Counted from the first letter of the stretch, positions 26,901 to 41,200 are shown. The stretch: DNA of 64,000 nucleotides from Raillietiella orientalis (GCA_036172245.1 JAYWIR010000004.1:6014001-6078000), one strand, 5' to 3'. Program-made: numbers and translations. Notes: a model not told the origin generated them from the letters alone.

Positions 26901-29900
26901 TTCGCGTTCTTCGCTCACCCACTTTGTTTTCCTCAGTCCGAGTTGCTCTGAAAGGCAAAGTTGCTCGCGGTTGCAATTTTTTCAAAAGTGTGCGTGAAAG
27001 AGACAATTCCTAAACACGAATTTTCCTTGTCAGAAGCCTGGGTTGCTTTTGCTCTCCTTGTTCTCGTATCAGTGCGCTCCTTCTGAGAACGCTTGCTCTG
27101 TCTTATTTGGTGTTGGTTACTCGTGTTCTCACAACATTAAATTGGCTGAGACCTATTTAGTCTGGCTGTCGTTGTTCATTTTTTGGTTTCTCTCGCATTA
27201 CCGAGAAGTTCCTGATTACGTTTTCATTTCTCTTTTCAATCCATCCTTGTTTTCGTCCTGATATGTTTGCTGTTAGGTGGACGTTAAATGATGACTCTTG
27301 CAATCCATCAAATTTCTGTGTTGCTTCTTTTATTACTGTTTACTCAGTTTTCGAGATTGCATTTTGCGTATGATTACGACTAACGTTGTATACGAAAAGA
27401 AACATCGTCCTGAAGTTGCAACAATCTCATTTTAAGATAACCCACAGTGATTAGAGCGCTTTATTTTGTCGTTGTGATGATCGTCCATCCGAAACACACA
27501 AATTCATCTCCTCTTTGCCTGGTTTCTCATTCTTTTTGGTGCTTCCATCATTTTTCTAATTATCGGTGAAAAGAGTACCAGATTATTTGCTATCGGATCG
27601 ACTGATCTGATTCGTAAATACAGAACCTTTTGCTTAAAAATTGCCTTTTTCTTAATTCGATCTGGCTACACGAATTTCTTGCGTTCTTTCTTTTAAATAA
27701 CTCGAGGGGAAAAAAAGGAAAAAGTTCCTTTCTCAGTCTCTTATTACTTCAGCTATGCTGTAGAGCTGTTTGTGAACCTCATTGGCTTGAAAGACATGAA
27801 AAAATAATGTCTAATGTAAGCACACTCGTATCACTGGAAAATAATACGTTTGCCATGATCGAGAGTTTGCTTCAGACTGGAAACAAATTCTCGGTTCTTC
27901 AGTGTCACCATCGAGCTAGTTAATCTTCTGGGGTTCCCAGTATAAATATTACACCTTTTTGTTGGCAACGGCTGTTTGGACGTTTTTTCGATTCCCAGTC
28001 GAACTGATGTTCATATACTGTGTTTGAGTGTTCCAGTGATTGTCTTCAATTTCAAGTAACTTTTATGCACGGTAACTTTTATGACGTGCCTAACTTAAAA
28101 CATCTTCATATTCTAGTTTCTAGTACGGTACGGTATTGTTCTGTTTTGGAACTTGCGTGATTTCTTGGCTAAGTTTGCATTCAGAAAGTTACATCGTCAA
28201 GTTCCCTTCTATCACGCCAATTTGCAGTTTTAGAATCGCAGTCCATTTACTTAGGAGAAAAAGTTACGATTCATCTTAATGTTTTCCATTCAGTTTTTCA
28301 TATATTTAGAGCATCTTTGTTTTATTATATACAATTCACATGAAGCACCGATGGTTTGCTTTTCACCTAGGTACCGTACACCATTCTCGTGAATATATAT
28401 GTTTTTTTAATTAATGTTCCGTTAATGTGATTTATCCAATGAACTAATTTTAGAAGACTTTTTAGTTTTCCCTAATTCGATTTTTTTGTGTCATTCTGAT
28501 GTTTATTGGATTCAAGAAGTCAAAGTAAATGCAACTCTTTTAATTGGACTTCAAGAAATTACTAATCGGGTTTTTTTCACATGCGTTCTAACTGCATATA
28601 GTTACTCTGTATGGCGGAACACAAGAGAAGAACTGAGAATGAAGTTTTTCCATAGTCACGATGGAGCATTTCTAGAGAATTAAGTTAACTGAAGGGAAAA
28701 GGTCATGAGAGCTTTTCCGTAAAAGTGTTGAGTACATCGCTTCATTAAAGTTTTAGAAAATAGAACATGGCAGCATTCGAAAAAATTAGCAAACTCTAGG
28801 TTTTTGTTTTTGTTCCGTTACAAATTCTCCGACCTTTTAATCCCTGTTTTTCACGTGTATTTTGCAGTTGCTTTTCCATTTATGCCATGTTCTGGGAGTG
28901 ATTTTTCTAGAAAGCAACGGTAGTTTCCATCACTGCTCATGCCGTGTTTTAATCATCTTAATTTCCTCTTGATATACTCTTGATAATCTCTTGATAATTT
29001 CCTCTTGAATACTATAATCATTAATGCCAGTCATCTTTGTCGTTTAGTAACGATTTCCTATGGGCGGACTTATTTTTTTCTGGGGACTGTACTGCGTTCG
29101 TATTTATCCAAACTTGTTTATGATTGATTATGTACCAAATATGATTTTCATTCTTATTTTAATATCCCACCAAAATTCATATTATTTTCCTCTGTGACTC
29201 AGTCAAGCGAATTCACGTTAATGAGATATGCCTTATTATTGAAATCTATGTATTCGAGTATTTAGCTGTATTGGTTAGGTGAAAGCTGCATACAGCAGCA
29301 GTAAGAAGTTTTTTTAAAATTAGAAACTGTTGGTGAATACAAGTTGTTGTCACCAGGTAAATGTTTATAAACTTGAAGTCTTTGTACACTTTTGTCACTT
29401 TACGTCTCGATTTCGAACTTCATCCACTTTATAATTACGTTCTCTTTTTAAGGTAATTAGCACCGGTGAATTATCTGCCGTATTAATTATGGGTCTGTTG
29501 CATTTCCTCAAACCGAAAAATTCCGGAGCTTTTATTTCGCAGAATTCGTATGTAGCCTTTTGGCTGCTTGTTTCTTTTCTGGGCCTCAATCAGCTATATC
29601 TTGATGGCAACCTCCAATATTGTCCGAGATGTTTTTCTCTTGATTCTTCGCGTTCCCCTATTCAATATACCGTCTGACGAAATTAAATCTCAATAAGGAA
29701 AAGAAGTACCTTCGTTTTATTTGCACTTTTGTTTGTTTATCTGAAAGGGGATTTTTTTTATTTTTTGCTTTAAGATCTCAGTAACAAGGATTTTTTCCCC
29801 CATTGATCAGAAGCTACGGAAACATACTAACTAGTAACTATATTTGGAAGCAGTTCATAAAGAATGTTGTTGTGGGTCTTACATGCATTCCTTCATTTTG

Positions 29901-31392
29901 TTTGCAACTGTGAAACGGAGCAAGATGTGCACTCATTTTTACAATTTGCTAAGCGTTTTGGTCCAAAGTATTCAGCACACCACTCACTATCCTTGTGTAA
30001 TGCTTGAGTTTGGCTGTTTGGTTTAACGGACTAATGCTGGAGAATCGTTAACGTTTGGGAGATCTATAAAGTGGAGCAACCTATCAAGGGAATCCTCCTT
30101 TATATCGACTTTTTTTCTTTGCTGTGGCTTTCCTTTATTTCCTTCACCATTTCTTCTTTGTTTTCTGGGGCGTGACATTTCCATAACAGGGATTAGTGGA
30201 CTCCTTGATGTCAGCTGATGTTTTTTCATCAATTGCTTCTCTGATTCTTTAGTTTTAAACACTGGGGTGATAAATGCTTGCCCTCTATGAGCTTATGTTC
30301 TCCAATTCGCGAATACTTTATGCTGTTGGATAGTAATCCGACAGAACAGCGCGAAAGTTTTCACGTAATTTCCACTTTCGTTCGAAGCGAAGCATCATCT
30401 TTGCATCTGTTTAACTTTTTTCAAAAGAACGACAGGCAACTCCAATTTACGATTTTCTATCGAATTCTCTCTTCGTCCCTTTTTTTATCATGTGGGGAGG
30501 AGTTTATGGACCCAGGATTAATGTGCTCACCTATCGTTACTGCCAAACACGAAACCTGTGAAGTGAACTGGTGCACGCTTAATGTTTTTGGTGCCAATTC
30601 ACTTCTCAAGAAAGAATTTTGTGAGAGCTAACGTGAAGACATCGAGTCTTTTGTTACTTCTGTAGTATACAGAAGAGCAATAGTAGATGCACGCATATGT
30701 TTACATAGCGTGATGAATGGTAGGAATTCTAAATTTGATATGTTCAAAAGATCTTATGGATTCGTTGGGGTCGATTTCCATTTTGGGGAACTGCACATCT
30801 TTCTTTTTAGAGGTATACCACCTTGACGTTTATTTTTGTAAGTGAATTGGATTTCATGTACTCTGTGGAATTAGCTTAAACAAAACAAAACATGGATTCA
30901 TTATTTTTTTTCTGATAATTGTATTTTTCCTATATCATGTGTTGTTCATGAGTGATCATTATGCAGATAAACCATCTTCCACATGATTCGGATGAAAATG
31001 AGATTGTTCAGCAGTTTCTTGAAATGGGATTCACCCAAAACAGCGTTCGTTGTGCATTTTCTCGCTTAGGGAACAATCAGAAAGAGGTAAGCAGACTTAC
31101 TTTAAGACCGAAAATTGTGTTTGTTCCAAGTTTCACTGTGTATTTTTTTTTTATTTTGTTTTAGATATTGGACCATTTATTATTAGTCAAAAAGTGGGAA
31201 GATCTTGGGTTTCCTCTTGAGTGGATAGAAAGTGCTCTAACCATTTGCAATTATCAGGAGCAGCAGGCTTTGCATCATTTGTATTTAATGCGTCAGTTTC
31301 GAAATTTGGGGTTTTCTCTAGAAAAAATCAATGAAGCACTCCTTAAGCATAATTACAATGAAGAGCTGGTTCTTGATGAACTTGTGATATGA
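17890..31392 (+). CDS. UBAP1: Ubiquitin-associated protein 1 (ESCRT-I subunit; N-terminal UMA domain, C-terminal SOUBA triple UBA); spliced, 5 coding exons, 429 aa
   Basis: join(17890..17911,18681..18805,20118..20912,30967..31086,31165..31392) = 1290 nt, GT-AG introns, phases 1,0,0,0 consistent. UMA-like EYIANIPMRV...YDFALENKVLE; central motif DFESDTSSPFDNLELKTLNDFEELAMVL; three UBA loops (EMGF, DLGF, NLGF) in the last two exons. Extra small exons in the 10-kb intron cannot be excluded. Confidence 0.9.
18681..18805 (+). CDS. UBAP1: UBAP1 coding exon 2 (125 nt, UMA)
   Basis: strong pyrimidine tract plus TAG; (E)YIANIPMRVCDTL...LFSEVDK; donor GTATGT at 18806. Confidence 0.85.
20118..20912 (+). 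CDS. UBAP1: UBAP1 coding exon 3 (795 nt)
   Basis: TTTCAG acceptor; YDFALENKVLE...SSENKQ; donor GTAAGG at 20913. Confidence 0.92.
30967..31086 (+). CDS. UBAP1: UBAP1 coding exon 4 (120 nt, SOUBA)
   Basis: TGCAG acceptor; INHLPHDSDENEIVQQFLEMGFTQNSVRCAFSRLGNNQKE; donor GTAAGC at 31087. Confidence 0.88.
31165..31392 (+). CDS. UBAP1: UBAP1 coding exon 5 (228 nt, SOUBA, includes stop)
   Basis: T-rich tract plus TAG; ILDHLLLVKKWEDLGFP...NYNEELVLDELVI, TGA at 31390-31392. Confidence 0.92.
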   Translation: MLDHLLLVKKWEDLGFPLEWIESALTICNYQEQQALHHLYLMRQFRNLGFSLEKINEALLKHNYNEELVLDELVI

Positions 31393-31695
31393 ATTGTATT
31401 GGCTAGCAACCCCTAGTTCTTCAGAAAAAAAGGAAAATACTGATAATACCGGTATATGCGTATTTTTTAAATATAAGGTGCATTTCAGTCAGTTAAGAGA
31501 TAAAATATAATTTCTTTTCAAAGCTTAATTTCAATTTTATTACATTGCTTAGTCTTTACTTGAAAATGGATGCAAATGGTTGACTAAAACTTATTTCAAT
31601 GCAGCTGTTGCGGTTGGAGCATCCAAATATCGTCCTTATTAATTTTTGTAGTCCTCTTATCGAAAGTTGGTATTTGTTATCATCATCCCCTTAAG

Positions 31696-31701
31696 AATAA
31701 A
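31696..31701 (+). promoter_or_regulatory. Candidate polyadenylation signal for UBAP1
   Basis: AATAAA about 300 nt past the stop, followed by T- and GT-rich sequence (GTGTGTGTT at 31741). Confidence 0.5.
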
Positions 31702-33119
31702 TTTCATTTTAATTTCCGAGTTTTAGGCATTTCTGCTTCCGTGTGTGTTCTTACACGTATATACAAATATGTGTCTGCATATTGGTTTTATTCTCTTTCA
31801 TCTGTGTGCTCCAGAAAATAATAAGCACTAAATAATTTAAATTGTGAATTGCAACCGTAAGCTTCGTTTTTTTTTTTTTTTTTTTTCGGTGTGCAGTGAT
31901 ATTGGGCACTGGGAAATTTATCATGATTAATTTGCGTGCATGCAGCCACAAAGCTTTTCAAAAGTAATTCTACCCTGTGAAACACTTCACCGTCAAGTTC
32001 CGCAAACGTATAAAGAATATAAAGGAAAACACATACAAAGTCTTCCTTTTATGGTTTTAAATGATTGTGATTCTTTGTTTTCCCGTGCATTTGTGCCCTG
32101 TAGCTGCACTTTTTGAAATTACTCAGGTATTTTTAAAGCAAATAGTAATTGTAAGAACAATGTAGCATGTTAGGCATATTTGCATCAGTGTGTACGTGTA
32201 TGTGTATATCTGAACATCCAGGTATTATAAACACATTTCGTGGGCTTTCTTGTAAATTCATGCAAAGTTTTTAAAATTTAAGTGGTACTTTTGTTTCTTC
32301 ATATTTTCTATTTATCTGGTGTTATTATATTTAATTATAGTTGGTACACAGGGTACGTTCTTTATGTAGTTCAGTCTGTTTCATGTATTCATGTATTCTT
32401 TTTTTAGAGTTTGATGAACATGCTTATGGCAATTTATATACCAGATAAGGTGTATTCTGTTTCGGGATTGACTTTTCGGTTTTATCTCATATTCTAAGAA
32501 AAAAAAAAAAGAGTACTTTTAAAACTTACCTTATCAAGGTTTCCTTTTATATTATATGTACAATTTATTTTGGGATGGCTTTCACTAACTCTCTGGAACA
32601 GTATTTTTTGATTCCAGAGTACGCATATTTCTATTTTTGTTTGTGTATCCTATTATGAAGCGCATCAGATTTTTGCCTTATCACAGCATCCTTGAGAAAC
32701 CCCCATGCAATCTTGTTTAATGAGACTATTCAGAGCCAAGAGTTCACCGTATTCTTGACTGCCTGCAATGCTTGATGCTGATGCTGCAAAAGCAGTGAAA
32801 GTGAACTTTTGGTTTTCTGATTGTGCTCCTTGGAAAAGAATGCGAAAAAAACAATAATCGTACCATAATTACATGGGGAAACTCTTCAGCGTAGACAAGA
32901 TATTCAATGAACAAAAGAAAAAAGCTTCTGCAAAAAAGAAATCCCCCCCCCCCTCCCTTTTGTAACTGATACACAAGCAGCACCTTCTAGTACATGGCCA
33001 TGCATCGATTGCAAAATGTGATTTTTCTTGGTTCCAACAGGTCTAGAAGTAGAACCAGGATACTACAACACGGGATTGTTTGCAGTCAAATTTTGTTTGC
33101 TTAATTTAACTATTGATGC

Positions 33120-33700
33120 TTGAACTTTTGGTGTACTCTAACAAATATGGTAAGCCAATGAATTCAAAGGTGTAAGGTACACGAATGCACACACTAGTAG
33201 AAAAGACTGCTACTGGAAATCTCATTAATTCTGCGAAACAAGCTAATTTATGGAATGCATTTTGATCGGTTTCGTACCCGGTTCTGGATGGCTCAACGGT
33301 GAGTCCTTCCTCACAGCCGGATCTCACCCAATTCGCTCCATCTTTCATTTCCTCGATTCGCCATCATCTGGGTGAAAATTCGAGGTGCCTCCTCATTGGT
33401 TTGATTTCGAACGCGTCTGTTTGTCGTTCTGCAGTGCATTTTCCATCAGCTGTTTCAGCTTTCCTGTTTTTCTGTTGCATTCTGTTGCCTCAACTGTTTC
33501 CATATCTTCGATAAATGATGCGTTCTTCGGGAGTCATATGAACATTATCACTTTTAGTCTCTCATTGTTTCAGTCCAAAGGCTTTTTTTTGCTCAATTAC
33601 TTGAGGTCGTTGTCTTTGTACAAAATGTTTCTTGGATTTTTCCTCCCTCAATTCTCCAAATTTTTGCTTGCAGGGGTTGGTAGTACTACTTTTTAAGGAT
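33120..33700 (-). mobile_element. Decayed L1-clade ORF2 fragment (linker before RT)
   Basis: WRIEEEKSKKHF (W...GEK.SK.F-like) followed by RKAETADGKCTAE (KSPGPDG..AE-like); many disruptions. Confidence 0.3.
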
Positions 33701-35399
33701 TAACTTTTGAAACCTATTTAAGCTGTTTTCTGGGAGCGAATCGAAATCTGTGTGGCTACTAGCTGATAGCAATGTTTTTAGCTGCAAGACTGTCCTGCGG
33801 AAAGAAAGTAGTAATAGTAGTAGTAGTATTTGGTATTTCGTGCAGTTTCCTCGTAGCCAACAAGTGATGCATTAAGTTTTAACGCTGCTGTAGACATTCT
33901 GGAAATGGTGGCTAGTTTTTTTTATTGTGCTAGGAATCTCCGAAGTGAATTTATTTGTTTAAGAGCAGCAGCACGGCCTACAGGAACGTTTGGTAATTCG
34001 TTGTTTGTAGAGCAAAACTGTTTTTAATCTGAATTCTGAAGAATCAATAAACGGCCTCTGTGATCAGTGGTAGTTCTTGCATAGGAGCAAAAGCACATTG
34101 TATCTTGCATGCTGAATTGTATCCGAAGTGCGTGATTGCGTTTCCTTCTGGAAGAAACTTGGTTCCGCAGTTAAACAACCTCATTTGTGTCATTGCGCTC
34201 AAGGTTAATGGCGTCCGTTGTATGCTTTCTAGACACGGAACATGGTGGAAAGGACTACGTAGAAAGATGCTCATAAAGACATAATGGTCAAAGTTTGATT
34301 CATAATGACTCTTTATTAAAGTCTATTTGTTTAATGTTATAAGTCGATTCATTAAATTGGACTAGGAACTATCCAGCAATTCTAAGGTTATGATTTCCAC
34401 TTGAGTTTTTCTAGTCCTTACTCACCTATTCTTCGAGATCAACAAGCGAGTATTTTCGCTGCTTTTGGTTTCAACATCCCTGTTAACCACCAGTGTGGTG
34501 GATCGGGATATATGCATTTCATGGATCATACCAATCATTTCACGATTTGATTTTAATGACCACTAGATTTGTACTTTTAAAATCAAAGTGGCCATATCAG
34601 GGGTCTTCTGTGCTTACCATGCCTCTTCAACGATTCTCAGTGTGAATCTTTTTTTTTCCTGAAGAAGACTTTTTTGAACATTTAGAGCTTTCAGTGTTTA
34701 AATGTCTGTGTTACTTAGGCATAGTGCATTCTAACGCATTTCGAACAGAATGAAGCTAGATTCTCTGAAGAAACAACAAAAGTGTTCCTCACGAAATTCC
34801 GTTTGACTTTTTTTTCGTGTGTTTCTGCCCTCTCTCTCTCTCTTTTTTTTTTTTTTGGCAAACTCACTGAGTTGTACGTGTGCCGGAACATCGCTTTGTT
34901 AATGCAGTCTTCTTTCAAGGTCTTTCTGAAAATCTGGCTCTGTTAGCTTCCATTTAAAAATCACGCTGAAAAGAATTTTTACAGGGGAAAATCTTTTCCT
35001 GAAGAGGAACTCTGGAATTCTGCATACTCAAGTAGAACGTTTGTAATGGCGCGATGGTTTCTTTTCTGAATTTGATATCAGATCTGCAGATGCACAGTTT
35101 TTCAGGATCTGCAGAGCAGCAGTTCTTTCACAAACACACACACACACACAAAATGAAGACCTCAGTGACACTGCATTCGGCAATTCATTATAGAAGAATG
35201 TTAGTCGGAAAAGAATCTTCAAGAATGTGTCCCCTGAATTCACATGTTTCTTTCCCTTGCAGTTTTAGGCACAAACCTTTGAAGACAAAGCCTACGTGAA
35301 TGTTGAAGATGTTGAAAACATTCGATCTAAAGGTGAAAATATTGATCCGGCAGTATCATTCGTCCCATAAGTTTTAATCAACAGTCGCTCTTTGGAGGC

Positions 35400-36250
35400 A
35401 AAGAATCAACAAAGAAATGACGAATTTGACCAATTGGGAATTTTTTTTTTAGGTTGTCAAGAAAGAAGTTTCGGATCTGTAGGTTTCTCAGATCAGAGGT
35501 CATTTCTTTGGTTTCCTGCATTTTCTGTTCCGGTAATCATCAAAAGGTATCAGTTGCTGAATTCACCTGCATGTGTTTTTCACTTCGCTTTTGAAATTCG
35601 CCCAGTTCACAGCCGTGCTACATGTGGATGCACAGGAGATGGGTGTTTCGCTGCATCTGGAAACTTTTTTTTATTCTTACGCTACCCATTCTTGCCTTTA
35701 ATTGAAAACTTTAGTTGTCAACGTGCGAGGATGAATAGAAGCGATGAACTTGGTGAAAATGAACTGGAAACTTTGAATGATTCCCCATTTGTAACTGTGG
35801 ACGAGATGCCTTCATCGAATGGTTTTTGTGCAGTCGCCGAGCACGGATAGAAAAACGGTTCCGCAAACTTCCTTGAAATGAAACTTGATTCTTGTGACCT
35901 TTGTCGATCTCGTCTACGTTTCTGTGACCTAGTTCCCAGCGAAAATGGATCGGACAGCGACTCATCTCCATGTATTGTATTTTTTTTTTCTTCCTGTCAA
36001 ACAAATAAATAAAGTGGAAATTTCATGTCCTTCGAATTTTGTGCAGAGGCATAACATGCATCGATGAATTGAAACGCAGCGTTTCCATTTCTCCTTTCGA
36101 GATTGGATCCTGGAATCCCCTTTCCGAAATGCTGCTCCTGAAGACATTCGCATGTTTCGATGTCTGATCTGGAATACGAAATGTTGCTCGTGCGGTGCTT
36201 CTGGTTGTTTCTTGGTGCTCGGAATCAAGCCTCGTTTCCGAATCTACATC
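35400..36250 (-). mobile_element. Decayed L1-clade RT fragment
   Basis: SSTVTNGESFKVSS...PSSSLLFILA near 35720-35800 resembles V..NG...F....G.RQGCPLSPLLFILA; boundaries approximate. Confidence 0.4.
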
Positions 36251-36859
36251 CTTGCTCAATTAATAAAATTAGATGGCCAGCCTGAATCTTTGTACGCTAC
36301 TTGACTGCATTCTACCTGTGGAGGTGAACGGTGTCGACATGGAACAGGAAGGAAAGTTGCCGACTTGGCAGGTGTACTTATTGCTAAGACGTGTTCTCTT
36401 TCTAAGAAGTCTTTGATAGCAAGTCAACCCTCCATTGCAGTACATTGCGAGTGCGAGGCACGCGAACGTTTACCACTTAATTCCAAGTACTGATCAGAAA
36501 GTAAACTCGCACGAAATTGCCCACCGTGACAGGAGAGTCAGCCGGCATTCGACTAAACGAAATCCAAGTCTTTAAAATTCCTTTTCTTCTAATGACAGAT
36601 GATGGGATTCCAGAAGGAAACAAGATACAGAAGAGTATCATTCGTCCTCAAGGGCGAAATATCCGAAGTTTCTTTGAGTATTCGGCAGACAGAGAACACT
36701 TCGGTTACAAGATGAGCTTTCTTGAAAGCAAACAAATGTTAATGATGAATGGCAGGTAACATGATTAAGCTATGTCGTATTTGCCCTTTTGATACCACAA
36801 AATAGCACAACAAAGTTATGTATACCGTAATTTTGAATGCTTGATTTGTAAATTCGTTG

Positions 36860-39800
36860 CTGGGGAATCATAAATGTGTTCAATTTAGTGATGTACAAGA
36901 GCAACAAGAACATAGCCTATGCAATTCAGGTGTGTTTGCGGTGTTTCTGTTCAAATTGGTGTTTTCGAGATTGGTGTGCGTTTCGCGAGATTCTTCGCCC
37001 GAATCATTTGGTCGCTTTGTTTCATATCATAGTATAGAGATATATTTAAGTAGAGCCGTGCCATTTCCGTTAATTAGCCTATTGAGAGACAGGAACGGGA
37101 AAAGAATGTGGCTAAAAATCAAAAGGTTTTCCACAGTGATCATTCACGCAGGGATCATGAAGCTTTGTGAAGCTGTGCAAGCGGAAAGTAATTACGAAGT
37201 TTGCCCACAAGCGGAGGAATGCGTTCAGTTTCTGCAACGCGCTGGGGATGCGAGGACCGACAGATTTTATCATGTTTGGAAGAACAATTAATATATGGGA
37301 AAATATCGGCAGGTTGCACCCGGATTTTAAAAGCAATTGTCAAAATCAAAGAATTAACTTTTGTCAAACGACGGGACTTGATCCAGTCTGATAGAGGAAA
37401 AAAGAAAAAAAAAATTTTCCTGCTTGATGCTTAGAATGAGGATGAGATAATCGCAACCTGCAGATGTATGAATAGGGCAAGATCAGGTCTTTGAAGAGGT
37501 TCTGTGCGAAGGAGAGTTGCAAATTTGGAGCATGATGGCGACAGAGCTGCGATGAGATACCTTTCGATGTAGAATGAGAGTCTTTATGGGCGAAAGAGGG
37601 TGAAATAGTGAAACAGAAAATGTGGATTTAGTTTTCGGGTGTTTAATAATCGACAAAAGAACGATTGTGAGGTGGCTATCTCGGAACTCGTTATTTTAGT
37701 ATAGTAGCACTTTATCGGATTATTCCTTCAAGCCACATGTGAACCACTGCAGTCTTATATTTAGTGTTTATGAAGCTTACTACAGTAATCGATTGTATAA
37801 CGCCTTAATGAATCGAATTGTGTGAAGACGATTAGAGGAACCGAATGACCTCGTAACGTGAATCGCAGTAAGATTGTAACCAGAATATTAATGAAGAGGA
37901 GGACGTTCCATGCTTTCAGGTGCATTTGTCTTTGATTTGTTCAGTGCTGACGAAATAAGAAACCAATGGATTGGAGGCCAGTCACTCAGATGTCCAGATT
38001 CCAATCAAAAGAAGGGCGTAGGCTTGTTCTGTGAAAATGGGGGAGGCAAGTTGCGGGAGGTGGAAAATTCCTCGAGATCGAAGTTTTGCAATTTTTGGCA
38101 GTGTTTGTTGCTTCTTCCAGTCAAATAGACTGCTTGCTTGTAGCCTCGTTCCTGAATATAATCGCCAATGGATCCATTTCATGTGCTGCAAATCAGACGA
38201 ACTGAGTTTTCTCACAATTTTGTTTCATCGTGGTCGGTTTTCCAAGCTGCAAGGGACTCTGAATTGGTATGCATTTAGCTTGAGTGGATTGCAGCTTTGA
38301 ATTTTTGGCTGTAAGGCGAGTTCACAGAAGAGTAAGGCGGAATATTCCAAGTCACATCCGGTAGGATCGCATACGCATTGCATAAGCCGTAATTAGTCCC
38401 ATTGGAGTCATGCAGGTTATGGGTTTTCCTTAGCTGGTGGTACAACACAGCTAAGAACAGAGGCATCCAGAGTGGTTTGCATAGTGAACCCAGCGTAAAA
38501 GTGGGGAATGCTCACGCCTTCTATCCTGCCAGGCATCATAAACTGCGGACCTCAAATTCAGACCAGCTGACTAGGATCAAAGGGAATTGTCAAACGTTTC
38601 AGTGCTGAAAGGCCACCTTATCATTACGTTCGTTTCAAAGCTACAGTGGCTATCGGAACTGGCCTCCTTTCCCGATGCATCCTTCCAAATAATCTTTCAG
38701 CCTGTTTCCTCAAATTTCCTTTAACACAGTGCCGCTCTCTTTGAATTCAATCCTGCCAAATAAAAGCAGATGCGAAAAAAAAAAAAAAAATCATTACCAG
38801 TGAGTTTCGACCGGGAATTAGAAAAACTCCATTTAGTGCAAAAGTGAACGAATCACTTGTCTTCTCTGTGTGAGGTGGTTGTGATGCTTGTAGCGGATCA
38901 TCAAAATGCGGGATTTTGGATTTCAAGTAAAGCCTTTAGTCCATTCTACGTTTCAGCTTACCCATGCTCCGCTGGTAAACATGGACCGACCCCCCCCCCC
39001 CCTTCCCCCCTTAACTCTTCCTCGTCCTCCTCCAAAAAACAAAAAAAAAAGAAGCAAAGAAAAAAAAATTGTTTCTACGAAGTAACTTCGATTTGAAAAA
39101 GAGAAGGGTTCTTAAATCTTTTGCTATACTTACATCCTGAATATCTGATTTGATGGAAATTTATAGAGTAGGAAAAAGTTCAAAATTGCATCCATCGAAT
39201 TGGATCAAGCAGTTTGCCGAAAATAAAAAGCATTCAAATGAGCATCCGAGCCTCCAGCAAGTCGATCAAGAGCTACTTTTGAGAGCAAGACCGAAATTTA
39301 TTGCAAATTTGCTGCGGAGGATCTCCAGTGGATTCTCGATAAAACTTGTGATGCGTCGAATCAATAGATGGGGCCAAAAACCATGTGGATTGGTGGAAAA
39401 TTGAGACGGAAATTCTGCCAGCTGTCTACAGGCAGAAATCCTCAAGACCAATTCTTCATCGGAGTGAGACGAGCAGCATCATATTATTCCGATCGTCTTT
39501 TTGCCAACTATAGCTGGCAAGCGTTTGCACGGAAATAGGGCGGAGGAAAAGCGTCTGGAAGTCCCAAAGTATTGCCGCCATCACAAATTGTGAGCGACAG
39601 GAATTCTTTGAAGAAATGCGATCTCGATTTCTGGAGTCTCTTGTGCTTATTGTGGGCTGCTTTATCGCATGAAATCAGTCAGATCGATTTTACTTCTCTG
39701 TTTGACAATCAAACTGCTCCCATAAACCCAAAGGAATGGAAGCTTCCGTGTCACCGGTGCTGCAGGACCCGACATCTTTAAAAAACGAACTAAAACACCA

Positions 39801-41200
39801 TTTGGCTCCTATCGCATGTGCACAAGCGGTAGTTTTCCATTTCAAGGGTTCGAAAAGTACGCAGAGTCTTTCCGCTACTGAGCTCCATGAAGTACGAAGT
39901 TTCTTCGCAAGAGTCGTCCGTTAATCAAACAGCAAGCCTCATGTGATGCAAAATCTTCTGCAGCGCAACTGATCTTGAAACGGTTGCACCTTGTTTAATC
40001 TGAAAATCGTTGTGTGTTTTCGAGTTATGAGCATTTTGGTGATTTCGTAGTCGCTCGTGTTCAGCATCCAGAATCCTGGAATCAAGTGCAAATGGATACA
40101 CAATTTGGATTATCGGTTCCGGTTAACGACGAGGTGCCATGTCGTCGTATTCCTGAGCAGCACTATTCTACATAGAGGTAACTTTTAGTTAGCGTTTCGT
40201 TTTCTAAAGGTCTCCTCTGTATCATTGGGATGCCATGTGGTGGTGCCATTTGCGTCTTTCGAATTCAGAAATCTATCCAAAGCCATCCACTCTTTTCATC
40301 TTACCTAAATCCGGAAGTTTGGAAATAAGACTATCATAATGGCACCATTGCATCTGTGCTCGCGTATCTCTTATTCACTGTTGATTGTCTTCTTTTAAAA
40401 ACTTCGGTTTATGATGCCATCTCTATGTACTTCGCAGATTCAGATTTCCATACCTACGTTGTGCACTTGCCATTGGTCTGCTTTGCAGTCAAGCATGTAA
40501 GAGGTGCGAAGTGTTCGACAGGCGTCGCTAGGAATCAGTGGAATCGGTGAAGGGAATAAGCTTACTTTGAGTTCGGAGAACACAAAAATATATATATCTA
40601 GGCTTCTTTAATGATGAACCTCTTTAAGGTCACTTTTTAACGCACTCTTTAAGGCCAATTTTCGTGTGTAATTTGCACTTGTATCTCATACAACGCAAAA
40701 TCGAGTGTGTGTTGGATTGTCTTTTAATCCATTTGCTTGTGAATCCATTTCTCTTTTTAGAGCAATCCTGCTCAGCTTTCATGTTCGTACCTGTATCATA
40801 ATGTATATGTGCCTAAACAGCTCTACATTTGCAAGTAACCTTTTGAGCATTCCAAGAGAACAATTAATTGTCGAACAATCAATTAGTTAATTGCCGATTG
40901 TGTTGATTGTTTCTTATTCAAGCCATTTATTTTTGTCGCTTCATAACAAGTCCTAATTATCAATCATTAAACCTCGAAACGTTACTTGATGCTTTTTGAT
41001 TTATGTGTCTATATGAGTGCTTTTCCGTTTCAGAGCTTGTTGTTGTCACTGAAAGTTCCTTTCTGAAATCAAAAGTCCAACGACTTGGGGGACAGAGTCC
41101 TTCTTCACATATTCAACCTGTACTGAATGTTGAATCTCATTCTCTGCGGAACTACCGTAAGAACTTTTCCTTTTCACACCAGGACGTTTCTCTAGGAAAT
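36860..41200 (+). mobile_element. Heavily decayed, near full-length L1-clade retrotransposon (ORF1, endonuclease, RT, post-RT)
   Basis: Motifs in canonical order: ORF1-like RKVITKFAHK...FIMFGRTINIWENIG (37167-37320); endonuclease-like EIRNQWIGGQ...SNQKKGVGLF (37950-38030); RT-like AEDLQWILDK, ESIDG, ITNCE, FIA*NQSD (39300-39690); ANGY...GSG*RRGA (40090-40140); ISMYFADSD (about 40420-40445); LSFHVRTCII...NLLSIP (40770-40855). Confidence 0.55.

Noticed and set aside
39150..39900. PB2 N-terminus (VDWWK, PAVYR)
   Set aside because: Sits inside a colinear L1 relic and matches the PG.DG...W and LLN.D region of RT.
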